This document shows, in pieces, positions 8,540-17,002 of a DNA stretch of 36,534 nucleotides. The first letter of the stretch is position 1. Each line of letters starts with the position of its first letter. The notes under the pieces were generated by a model, which saw only the letters and a program-made list of their open reading frames with translations, was not told where the DNA came from and did no database searches. Source of the stretch: Eubacteriales bacterium (GTDB lineage: Bacteria > Bacillota > Clostridia > Oscillospirales > CAG-272); NCBI GenBank assembly GCA_045593485.1, contig JAZNWS010000068.1:1-36534 (forward strand), in the 5' to 3' direction. A program made the position numbers and the translations under genes.

Positions 8540-9790
8540 TTAATAAATATCCCTCTTCTTTTTTCTTACCGCGAAGAATATGCCAAAGCCCGCAAGGGTT
8601 GCGACTATAACGCCGCAGATGACGTAAATTCCCGCGCTAACGCTTATGTCGGATTTGAGCTCCTCCCACAGCGTATTGATAAGAAGCAGCTTTTCGCCGC
8701 TGAGATTACGGTAGGACGAGGTGGGGATAGCGTCTGTGTCGTACATCAGATCATATCCGCCCTCTTTTATCTCGTTCATATACTCTATATATTCCTCGTT
8801 TTCGCGCACTACGCGGTTGGGAGAGGCGTAATAGGTATATTCCGCGTTTGCAACCGCGGGCTCCTCGGAGAGCATATAATTGATATATCTTTCCGCGATA
8901 AGCTTGTTCTGGCTGGACTTGGGGATACACATAGCGTCCACGTAGAGATTAGTTCCCTCCTCGGGGTAGAAGAAGTCGAGGTCGTTGTTATTCTCATACA
9001 TCGCCATAAAGTCGCCTGCGTAGTACGCGGCGATTGCGGCAGAGCCGTTCTCCATTTTGTTGTATATCTCGTCCATGACGTAGCCCTGAAGTATTGGCTT
9101 CTGCGCCTTGAGCTTTTCAAGCGCGGCTCTCCAATCTGCCTCGTTGTCCGAGTTTACAAGGTTAACGTCACCCATTGAATACTGCGCCGCGCCAAATGCG
9201 TCGCGCGAGTTGTTGAATTGCAAAATGTTGCCCGAATATTTGTCGTTCCACATCAGATCCCACGAGCCGATGTCCGCCTCGTCAACCATAGTGGTATTAT
9301 AGATAATACCTATCATACCGTAAAGGTAGGGAACGGAGTAATCGTTATATCCGTCCATGTCGGTATCGGGGTCGTAGTCGGAATTCTGGAATTCAGACAG
9401 AATGTTCTGCGCGTTGGGGATATTGCTGTAATCAAGAGGAGACAGAAGATCCTCCTTTATCATACGCTCGATCATATAGTCCGAGGGGACTATTACGTCG
9501 TAGCTTACCGAGCCCGACGAGATCTTTGCATACATTGATTCGTTGCTTGAATAGGTGGAATAATTGACCTTTACGCGCTGACCGTAGGTTTCAAAATACC
9601 AATCCTCGAACATGGAATTTACGTCGAGCGTGCCCTCTGAGCCGTCGGATATGTATTCGCCCCAGTTATAAACGTAAAGTGTAATCGTGCCGCTATCCCC
9701 CTTGGAGCCTTGTTTGTCGCACGAGGCAAGCGGTATGCAGAGAGTAAGCAGGAGCGTGATGGAAATGATAACAGAGATTATTCTTTTCAT
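8540..9790 (-). CDS. potD: Spermidine/putrescine ABC transporter substrate-binding lipoprotein with an extra C-terminal TM segment
   Basis: 416 aa. Lipobox LASC after an N-terminal signal peptide. PotD-type body, and the last gene of the potABCD order. GGGAGGTG SD. Its ATG overlaps the potC stop by 4 nt. Confidence 0.9.
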   Translation of the reverse strand: MKRIISVIISITLLLTLCIPLASCDKQGSKGDSGTITLYVYNWGEYISDGSEGTLDVNSMFEDWYFETYGQRVKVNYSTYSSNESMYAKISSGSVSYDVIVPSDYMIERMIKEDLLSPLDYSNIPNAQNILSEFQNSDYDPDTDMDGYNDYSVPYLYGMIGIIYNTTMVDEADIGSWDLMWNDKYSGNILQFNNSRDAFGAAQYSMGDVNLVNSDNEADWRAALEKLKAQKPILQGYVMDEIYNKMENGSAAIAAYYAGDFMAMYENNNDLDFFYPEEGTNLYVDAMCIPKSSQNKLIAERYINYMLSEEPAVANAEYTYYASPNRVVRENEEYIEYMNEIKEGGYDLMYDTDAIPTSSYRNLSGEKLLLINTLWEELKSDISVSAGIYVICGVIVATLAGFGIFFAVRKKKRDIY

Positions 9791-10590
9791 TTTTTCACCT
9801 CCCGTTTCTTTTTGCCGCCCGCAAAGTTGACTATTATAAGCACTGCGAGGATAACCACGACTATAAGAGATGAGAGCGCGTACATGCTGAATTTGACGTT
9901 GTGCGCGGTCTGGTTGTAAACGTAAAGGGGAAGGGTCTGGAAATCGGGTGAGCTTACGAAATGGCTTATTACGAAATCATCAAGCGACATAGTAAAGCCA
10001 AGCATAAGCCCCGAGACTATACCGGGAATTATCTGTGGAAGCTCGACCTTGAAGAATGCCTTGGCGGACGTGCAGCCAAGGTCCTGCGCCGCCTCGGAAA
10101 GCGACTTGTCAAGCTGCTTGAATCGGGGCATGACGGAGAGCATAACGTAGGGTATGCTGAACGTCACGTGCGCGACAAGCATAGTGCCAAAGCCGAAAAA
10201 GCTCTGCGAGTTTATGATGGTTGCCACCGCAACGAACAAAAGCATCATTGAAACACCCGTGACTATATCGGGGTTCATCATTGGAATGTTGGTGATAGTG
10301 TTCACCGCGCCCTTGACGTATCGTGAGCGCATACGGTGAAGTCCCAGCGCGCCGAACGTGCCGATTACAGTTGCTATTACCGCCGAGGATACCGCAAGAA
10401 TAAGCGAGTTCATAAGGGACGTGAAGGCTTCCTGATCCTCAAAAAGCTCCTTGTACCACATAAGTGAGAAGCCCGAGAATTCGGAAAGCGAGCCCGACTC
10501 GTTAAACGAGAAGATTATCAGCACCGCAATAGGTATGTAAAGAAGAATAAATACAATTCCAATATAGAATTTCGAGAGGAATTTCATCAT
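9787..10590 (-). CDS. potC: Spermidine/putrescine ABC transporter permease
   Basis: 267 aa, multi-TM, with a binding-protein-dependent transport inner-membrane (EAA-like) loop SLSEAAQDLG. 4-nt overlaps with both neighbours. Confidence 0.9.
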   Translation of the reverse strand: MMKFLSKFYIGIVFILLYIPIAVLIIFSFNESGSLSEFSGFSLMWYKELFEDQEAFTSLMNSLILAVSSAVIATVIGTFGALGLHRMRSRYVKGAVNTITNIPMMNPDIVTGVSMMLLFVAVATIINSQSFFGFGTMLVAHVTFSIPYVMLSVMPRFKQLDKSLSEAAQDLGCTSAKAFFKVELPQIIPGIVSGLMLGFTMSLDDFVISHFVSSPDFQTLPLYVYNQTAHNVKFSMYALSSLIVVVILAVLIIVNFAGGKKKREVKK

Positions 10591-11429
10591 TTGAAGATAC
10601 CTCCTCTCCTTGCCACCTTGTCGTCATCGTCGTCGGTGAATCGGTTCATTATGCCTATGGAAAGAATAATGAGGATCATCATTATCAGCGACATAGCCGC
10701 GCCGACACCGTAGGTCGAGGTGTTCTGGAAAAGTCGCTCGATGGTATCGCCGACAAGGTCGATCTTGCCCGCGCCGAGCTTCTGCGAGATATAGAACGTG
10801 CTTATTGAGGGAACGAATACCATAGTTATTCCCGACACGATTCCCGAAACGGTAAGCGGCATTATAACCTTGGTCATGGTTTGCCAGTTATTGCAGCCGA
10901 GATCGTGCGATGCCTCAATATAACGCTTGTCCAATTTAGTCATGGACGTAAATATCGGCAGTACCATATACGGCAAAAAGTCGTAGACCATGCCGAGAAT
11001 TACGCCGAAATTGGTGCCGACGATAGGCAGCTTTTCAAGTCCGATTTTTTCAAGCAGAGAATTGAGAAGTCCACCGTTATCGAGAAGCGCCATAAGCGCG
11101 TAAGTACGTATAAGAAGGTTGCACCACATAGGGAGCATTACCAGTACCATGAGTATCTTTTGCGCGCGCTCCGACTGCTTTGACATAAAATATGCGAGCG
11201 GATAGCCTATAAGAAGGCATACCACGGTGGCAATGAGAGCAAACGCTATCGAGAGGATAAATACGTTGCCGTACTTAGACAGCTCTGTTATGTTGGAAAG
11301 AGAAAATCTACCTTCTGCATCGGTCAGAGCAAAATAAAGCACGAACAGCATAGGAGCGGCGATAAACATTATCACCCAGACTATATGCGGTACTGCAACT
11401 AATTTTTGAAAGACCGAATTTTTTCTCAT
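10587..11429 (-). CDS. potB: Spermidine/putrescine ABC transporter permease
   Basis: 280 aa, multi-TM, with an EAA-like loop YIEASHDLG. Translationally coupled to potA and potC. Confidence 0.9.
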   Translation of the reverse strand: MRKNSVFQKLVAVPHIVWVIMFIAAPMLFVLYFALTDAEGRFSLSNITELSKYGNVFILSIAFALIATVVCLLIGYPLAYFMSKQSERAQKILMVLVMLPMWCNLLIRTYALMALLDNGGLLNSLLEKIGLEKLPIVGTNFGVILGMVYDFLPYMVLPIFTSMTKLDKRYIEASHDLGCNNWQTMTKVIMPLTVSGIVSGITMVFVPSISTFYISQKLGAGKIDLVGDTIERLFQNTSTYGVGAAMSLIMMILIILSIGIMNRFTDDDDDKVARRGGIFK

Positions 11430-12550
11430 TCCTCGTCCTCCTCTTCGGGATCTCCGAGGTGCTCTATTTCGTCGCTGAAGGTGGAATAGTCACCAAACAT
11501 GCCCGAATACTCGGACTTTTTCATAACGTGTATTGCCTCGGGCTCGATATGGAGACCGATGACCTCGTCAACACCTACGAAGTCCGACGTTTCAAGCATC
11601 CACTTAAAGCCGCCCACGTCAACGATTATCTCGTAATAGTCGCCCTTGAATGTGACGGACGAGACTGTGCCCGTAAGCATGCCCTTATCCGTGGGGACTA
11701 CATCAACGTCCTCGGGACGAACCACTATATCGACAAGCTCGCGACGATCAAAGCCCGCGTCCACGCAATCAAATGTATGTCCTGAGAATTTGACCTTGTA
11801 GTCCGAGAGCATCATTCCGTCAAGAATGTTGGACTCGCCGATAAAGTCAGCGACAAACGCGTTTTCGGGCTCGTTATATATATCGACGGGAGAGCCTATC
11901 TGCTGTATCTTACCCTCAGCCATAACTACTATGACGTCGGACATAGAGAGAGCCTCCTCCTGATCGTGAGTGACGTAAATAAACGTGATACCCGTCTGGC
12001 GTTGAATACGCTTGAGCTCGTTCTGCATATCCTTGCGGAGCTTTAAGTCAAGCGCGCCGAGAGGCTCGTCGAGCAAAAGTACTTTGGGGTGATTTATAAG
12101 CGCGCGTGCAATAGCGACTCGTTGCTGCTGACCGCCCGAGAGGGTGGTGACGCGGCGGCGCTCAAAGCCCTTGAGGTTGACCATTGCGAGCATTTCCTGC
12201 ACCTTTTCTTTTATCTGCTCCTCGGGCGTCTTTTTCAGACGAAGGCCGAAGGCTACGTTTTCATATACGTTGAGGTGTGGAAACAGAGCGTATTTCTGGA
12301 ATACGGTGTTTACGTTGCGCTCGTAAGGGGGGATATCGTTTATACGCTTCCCGTCAAAAAACACGTCTCCTGTATCAGGGGTCTCAAATCCGCCGATTAT
12401 ACGGAGAGTTGTGGTTTTTCCGCAACCCGAGGGACCGAGAAAGGTCACGAATTCCTTGTCGTGAATTTCGAGATTGATGTGGTCGAGAACTGTTTCTCCA
12501 TCAAACGCTTTGGATATGTCTTTAAGACTGATTATGACGTCCTTTTCCAT
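11426..12550 (-). CDS. potA: Spermidine/putrescine ABC transporter ATP-binding protein
   Basis: Walker [10 protein letters not shown], signature [15 protein letters not shown], Walker B LLLDEP. The start was set at the internal ATG (12550, MEKDVI...), which is preceded by AAGGAG. The track ORF extends to 12649 without an SD. Confidence 0.9.
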   Translation of the reverse strand: MEKDVIISLKDISKAFDGETVLDHINLEIHDKEFVTFLGPSGCGKTTTLRIIGGFETPDTGDVFFDGKRINDIPPYERNVNTVFQKYALFPHLNVYENVAFGLRLKKTPEEQIKEKVQEMLAMVNLKGFERRRVTTLSGGQQQRVAIARALINHPKVLLLDEPLGALDLKLRKDMQNELKRIQRQTGITFIYVTHDQEEALSMSDVIVVMAEGKIQQIGSPVDIYNEPENAFVADFIGESNILDGMMLSDYKVKFSGHTFDCVDAGFDRRELVDIVVRPEDVDVVPTDKGMLTGTVSSVTFKGDYYEIIVDVGGFKWMLETSDFVGVDEVIGLHIEPEAIHVMKKSEYSGMFGDYSTFSDEIEHLGDPEEEDEE

Positions 12551-12809
12551 TACACATAAAAACTCCTTTAAAATAATAATTAGCTTTGCCTGTGGCAGAA
12601 GCCGAAATTTTTGATGCATTTTTGGAGGGTCAAAAGATATGCTGGGCAAATCTTTCTTAGCAAACCATTATTGCAAAATTTTTTGCTAACATGGCTTGAA
12701 TATCAAGCTGTTTTGCGGGGATTTTTTGAATGTCGCCATTTGGGCAGCTACTTTATTATATCGACAAAATTCTCGGTTATTTGTCAAAAAAACATAGATA
12801 GCATTTTAC

Positions 12810-12838
12810 ATTCTAACATAAAATTTTACTAATTGCAA
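12810..12838 (-). promoter_or_regulatory. Candidate sigma-A promoter far upstream of potA
   Basis: The minus strand reads TTGCAA-17 nt (ending TGT)-TAGAAT. This implies a leader of about 250 nt before potA. Confidence 0.4.
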
Positions 12839-12984
12839 TAGGCTTTTGAAAATTTATTGCAAAAAACACGAAAAAATATTATTATTTGCGACCATTTGCA
12901 CCCTAATGTGAGTTTTTGGATTTATCTATATAAAATCTCGTTATTTCTCCCGAAATCTCTTAAATGCTCTCGTTTGCTCGTTTT

Positions 12985-14136
12985 TTATAAGTGTAATTTG
13001 CGGGTTGATATGTCCTCTGTGAGCGAGGCAAAAAATTCTATTTGCAGGAGGGTGTTGAATATGCCAAAGCTTACTCGTACACCTCCCGTGCTATACGTTC
13101 CAAGCGCCTTGTGCGCAAGAGGAGCGCAGTGGTAGCCCGTGCGGATACAGATATTGTTTTTTGAGAAAATCTCGCCCACCTCGTCGCAGGGGATATTGTT
13201 TATGTTGAAGAGCAATACCGAGCCCTCGGCAGAGTCGTGGATTTTCACATTTGGAATACCCCTAAGAAGCTTTTGGGCACAATTGAAAAGCCTCCTTTCG
13301 TGAGCCTGTATCTCACCCGCTTTTTTGGAGTTCAAAAATTTCAAGCCCTCGCCAAGACCTACTATTGCGGGGGTGGAAAGCGTTCCCGCCTCGTATTTTT
13401 CGGGCGAGTCGTCACCCATAAAATAATCCAGAGAATTTACGCCGTTTCCACCCTCGATTATTGTGGCGGGGGAGATTTTATCGCCAAGCAGCATAACTCC
13501 GCAACCCTGGATTCCGTAAAGTCCCTTGTGCGCGGGCAGGCAGAGAATATCAATATTGCATTTCTTCATATCTATGGGGATATGCCCACCCGATTGCGCG
13601 CCGTCACAGATAAATATAAGTCCCGCGTCGTGACAGTATCTGCCTATTTTCTCTATGGGAAGGGTGTAGGAGCAGATATTTGAGGTGTGCAGACAGCACA
13701 GGGCTCGTGTATCGGGGCGGATCTTTCTGTCAATGTCCTCTATTATCTCTGTGTCGGTCTTGCCGTAGGCGTCAAAGGTGTTGTATTCAATAAGTCCGTC
13801 GCGCTGAAGGCTTGCCACGGGGCGCAGGGTAGCGTTATGCTCCATATTGCTTATGAGAATATGTCCGCCACCCTTCATAACTCCCTTGATAGCCATATTC
13901 AGAGCGTAAGTTGTGTTGTAGGTAAAAATGACGTTCTCGGGCAGGCAGGAAAACATATCTCCAAGCAGACACCGACATTCAAATATTTTCTCCGCGCTTT
14001 TAAGCGCTAACGGATTTGAGCCGCGTGAGGAATTTCCGCAAAATGTGCGGATGCACTCGTCAACGGCATTGGCAACGCAAGCGGGCTTTGGGAATGTGGT
14101 CGCTGCATTGTCGAGATATATAAGCTTGTTTTTCAT
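12985..14136 (-). CDS. Cysteine desulfurase-like aminotransferase class V (PLP-dependent)
   Basis: 383 aa. N-terminal IYLDNAATT, PLP-lysine context LPAHKGLYG. AAGGAG SD. Confidence 0.85.
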   Translation of the reverse strand: MKNKLIYLDNAATTFPKPACVANAVDECIRTFCGNSSRGSNPLALKSAEKIFECRCLLGDMFSCLPENVIFTYNTTYALNMAIKGVMKGGGHILISNMEHNATLRPVASLQRDGLIEYNTFDAYGKTDTEIIEDIDRKIRPDTRALCCLHTSNICSYTLPIEKIGRYCHDAGLIFICDGAQSGGHIPIDMKKCNIDILCLPAHKGLYGIQGCGVMLLGDKISPATIIEGGNGVNSLDYFMGDDSPEKYEAGTLSTPAIVGLGEGLKFLNSKKAGEIQAHERRLFNCAQKLLRGIPNVKIHDSAEGSVLLFNINNIPCDEVGEIFSKNNICIRTGYHCAPLAHKALGTYSTGGVRVSFGIFNTLLQIEFFASLTEDISTRKLHL

Positions 14137-14188
14137 AAAAAGCTCCTTTACAGATATGCCCCGAGGCTGTTGCCCCGAGGCGTAAATT

Positions 14189-14431
14189 TTATAAAAACTC
14201 CTTTACGGGTATGTTTTCTCTTGTGAGAATTGCTTTGACGTTTGATTGCTGCGCGCAATCAAAGCTTACGCCGTACGCGCATCCGCGTCGCGTCTTAGAT
14301 GAGTTGACCTTAGTCACGGACGAGTATATCGCCTCGGCGGCAAGCACCCTCTGAGCTTTCATGGCAAGCGTCGTAGAGCCGATGTATGCCGTACAGCCTC
14401 CACCCGAAAGAGAGCCATGATGATCTGCCAT
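14189..14431 (-). CDS. DUF3343-like small protein (putative S/Se carrier family)
   Basis: 80 aa, directly upstream of and co-directional with the class V aminotransferase. The sequence pattern (GCAYGVSF...) matches my recollection of DUF3343. Confidence 0.65.
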   Translation of the reverse strand: MADHHGSLSGGGCTAYIGSTTLAMKAQRVLAAEAIYSSVTKVNSSKTRRGCAYGVSFDCAQQSNVKAILTRENIPVKEFL

Positions 14432-14459
14432 TTCTACCTCGCCTTTCGCTATAGCTGTA

Positions 14460-14493
14460 TTGAGAAATCTGTTTTTGAAAATAAATTTCTCAA
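14460..14493. promoter_or_regulatory. Perfect 9-bp inverted repeat TTGAGAAAT-N16-ATTTCTCAA upstream of the DUF3343 gene
   Basis: Read directly, 29-62 nt upstream of the DUF3343 ATG. It could be an operator or a 5'-UTR hairpin. Confidence 0.4.
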
Positions 14494-14563
14494 TAACAGT
14501 TTATGTGAGTGCGGGCGGAACGGTCACGGATTTCGACAAAATTTTATTGTTTAAATAAAATAC

Positions 14564-14592
14564 TTGATTTTTTTGTTTATATAATGTATAAT
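14564..14592 (+). promoter_or_regulatory. Sigma-A type promoter for the dCMP deaminase-rimI-tsaD genes
   Basis: TTGATT (14564-14569)-17 nt-TATAAT (14587-14592). The ATG is at 14637. Confidence 0.55.
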
Positions 14593-14636
14593 AAAATGAA
14601 TGACTATTTTTTATATCGAAAAGGCAGGTATTTTTT

Positions 14637-15131
14637 ATGTCTATTGAGAGAGTTTCAAAGGAAAATTATTATCTTGACATCGCGCGCACGGTTGCGGAGC
14701 GCGGCACTTGTATCCGCCGTAAATTCGGCGCGATAATAGTAAAGGACGACGTTATTATTTCCACAGGCTATAACGGAGCTCCCAGAGGCAGACAGAACTG
14801 CACGGATATGAATATGTGTATGAGAGACAAGCTTGGCATTCCGAGAGGGGAGAGATACGAGCTTTGCCGTTCGGTTCACGCAGAGGCAAACGCCATAATC
14901 GCCGCGCCCAGAGACAGAATGCTTGGCGCAACTCTTTATATGGTGTGCGTAAATCCCACAGATAACAGCCTTTATGACGGCACGAGCAGCTGTATGATGT
15001 GCAAGCGACTTATCATAAACGCGGGTATTGATACCGTAGTCGTAAGAGATACGGATACCGATTACAGAGTGATAAGAGTTGCGGATTGGATAGAGAACGA
15101 TGACTCACTCTCGGGAGTTTTCGGATATTGA
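14637..15131 (+). CDS. dCMP deaminase (ComEB-like cytidine/deoxycytidylate deaminase)
   Basis: 164 aa. Zinc motifs HAEANAI and SCMMCKRLI (CxxC). Confidence 0.85.
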   Translation: MSIERVSKENYYLDIARTVAERGTCIRRKFGAIIVKDDVIISTGYNGAPRGRQNCTDMNMCMRDKLGIPRGERYELCRSVHAEANAIIAAPRDRMLGATLYMVCVNPTDNSLYDGTSSCMMCKRLIINAGIDTVVVRDTDTDYRVIRVADWIENDDSLSGVFGY

Positions 15132-15147
15132 GAAAAGGTAGAAATAA

Positions 15148-15615
15148 ATGAGTACGGAGAATAAAAAAGCAAGAATATATCCCGAAAGACTGACAGCAGA
15201 CGACCTTGACGGCGCGGCAGAGATAGAAAAGCTCTGCTTTGGCGCGCAGGCGTGGTCAAAGAACAGCCTTGAGCTTCTCACAAAAGAGGGAATAGGAATG
15301 GGCATGGTCTGCCGTAAGGATGGCAAAACAGTCGCTTACGGCGGCATGCTTTGCGTGGTTGACGAGGGGCAGATAACCAATATCGCAACTCATCCCGACT
15401 ATCGCAGACAGGGCTATGGCGAGGCGGTCGTTGAAGCCCTGAAAAAGCACGCGAAAAACAACCGTCTTGACGTTATAACCCTTGAGGTCAGAGAGTCGAA
15501 CGCGGCGGCGATAAAGCTATATACGTCCTGCGGCTTTAAGGTGGACGGCAAGCGTAAGGACTTTTACACGAAGCCCACCGAGAGCGCGGTGCTTATGTCC
15601 TGCAAAATCAAATAA
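15148..15615 (+). CDS. rimI: Ribosomal-protein-alanine N-acetyltransferase
   Basis: 155 aa. GNAT acetyl-CoA motif RRQGYGEAVV. Sits immediately upstream of tsaD, as in the tsaEB-rimI-tsaD arrangement. Confidence 0.85.
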   Translation: MSTENKKARIYPERLTADDLDGAAEIEKLCFGAQAWSKNSLELLTKEGIGMGMVCRKDGKTVAYGGMLCVVDEGQITNIATHPDYRRQGYGEAVVEALKKHAKNNRLDVITLEVRESNAAAIKLYTSCGFKVDGKRKDFYTKPTESAVLMSCKIK

Positions 15616-15628
15616 GAGGGAAAATTTA

Positions 15629-16630
15629 ATGTATATACTTGGAATGGAGTCCTCGTGCGACGAGACAAGTGCGGCTATAATTGAAGCGCACGACGGAATT
15701 CTTGAGATTAGATCGAATATTATTGCCTCGCAGATCGAGACGCACCGACTTTACGGCGGTGTCGTTCCCGAGATAGCGAGCAGAGCACATATCGAGGCGG
15801 TGTCCTCTATAACAAAAGAGGCTCTTGAGACGGCGGGGATAACTCTTGCGGACGTGGGCTGCGTTGCAGTCACCACACACCCTGGGCTCATCGGCGCGCT
15901 GCTTGTGGGCGTCAATTTCGCAAAGTCTCTGGCTTTTGCAAATAATATTCCGCTTGTTTCGGTAAATCATATTCACGGACATATATCAGCGGCGTATCTG
16001 TCGCATACGGACCTCAAGCCCCCGTTTTTGTCGGTGGTGGTCTCAGGCGGTCATACCTGCCTTTACGTTTGCGAGGGATATAACGAATTTCGCGAGATAG
16101 GCGGCACGCGTGACGACGCGGCGGGCGAGGCGTTTGATAAGATCGGACGCGTGATAGGTATGCCTTACCCGGGCGGCGCGGCGCTTGACAGACTTGCGCA
16201 TACGGGAGATAAGACTGCTGTAAAGCTTCCGTCGCCCGCACTCCGCGACAGTCTTGATTTTTCGTTCAGCGGAATTAAGACGGCGGCGCTAAATTACATC
16301 AATTCAAGCAAGCAAAAGGGCGAGGAGATAAACACCGCCGACCTTGCTGCGTCCTATACCGACGCTATAGTTTCTGCTATCGTCAAACAAGCAGAGGGTG
16401 CGCTCAAGCAGACGGGACTTGATACTCTCGTGCTTTCGGGTGGAGTTGCGGCAAACTCTCATCTGCGCGCGGCTCTTGAAAAAATGTGCAATAAACACGG
16501 CGCAAGATTTGTAGTACCGCCCATCTCTCTTTGCGGAGATAACGGAGCGATGATCGCCGCGTCGGGATACTTTGAGTACCAAAATGGCAATTTTGCGGAT
16601 ACGTCAACAAACGCCTCTGCGTGCGATTAA
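15629..16630 (+). CDS. tsaD: tRNA N6-adenosine threonylcarbamoyltransferase
   Basis: 333 aa. Kae1/TsaD motifs GMESSCDETS, VNHIHGHI, SGGVAAN. Confidence 0.95.
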   Translation: MYILGMESSCDETSAAIIEAHDGILEIRSNIIASQIETHRLYGGVVPEIASRAHIEAVSSITKEALETAGITLADVGCVAVTTHPGLIGALLVGVNFAKSLAFANNIPLVSVNHIHGHISAAYLSHTDLKPPFLSVVVSGGHTCLYVCEGYNEFREIGGTRDDAAGEAFDKIGRVIGMPYPGGAALDRLAHTGDKTAVKLPSPALRDSLDFSFSGIKTAALNYINSSKQKGEEINTADLAASYTDAIVSAIVKQAEGALKQTGLDTLVLSGGVAANSHLRAALEKMCNKHGARFVVPPISLCGDNGAMIAASGYFEYQNGNFADTSTNASACD

Positions 16631-16708
16631 AATTATTCCGAAAATTTTGCATTTTCATTATTTTACACAAAAAAATTTACGCAGGGAGAAAAATTCATCG
16701 AACAAAGG

Positions 16709-16887
16709 TTTTCCACCGACTTTTCAACAAACTGTGGAAAACTCGGGAAAACACAAAGAAAATTCTCCGCAAAATGTCGAAAAAAACCGTATTAAGTCAA
16801 TTTTAGCCTTGATTGGCAAGGATTTCTGTGGATAAGGCTGTGGAAACTGTGGATAACTTATTGGCTGTGGAAAACTTTTTTTCCATA
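16709..16887. promoter_or_regulatory. DnaA-box cluster
   Basis: TGTGGATAA, the reverse complement of TTATCCACA, is perfect at 16827-16835 and 16848-16856. TGTGGAAAA (8/9) at 16733-16741 and 16866-16874. TGTGGAAAC (7/9) at 16839-16847. Opposite-orientation 7/9 boxes at 16709-16717 and 16879-16887. Confidence 0.7.
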
Positions 16888-17002
16888 AATTCAAAAGATT
16901 TACGAAAAGTTTATTTTTTGAAAAAACCGCTTTGTCAAGATGTAAAAATGCACAAATTTCTACTTTTGACAAAGAATTTACAAACGAAAAGGAGAGCTTA
17001 TT

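Noticed and set aside
12551-12649. Long N-terminal extensions in the track ORFs: potA to 12649, rlmH to 22522, hemW from 33969, the nucleotidyltransferase from 4194, the 148-aa protein from 19601, and the Cys-rich protein from 29896.
   Set aside because: In each case an internal ATG with a proper SD gives the canonical family N-terminus. The extension overlaps an upstream gene, terminator or hairpin.
16631-17002. The DnaA-box cluster as the chromosomal origin (oriC).
   Set aside because: No dnaA or dnaN is in the window, and I could not read an obvious DnaA-trio array or a defined unwinding element next to the boxes. I keep it as a secondary DnaA-box cluster. GC-skew analysis is needed to exclude oriC formally.
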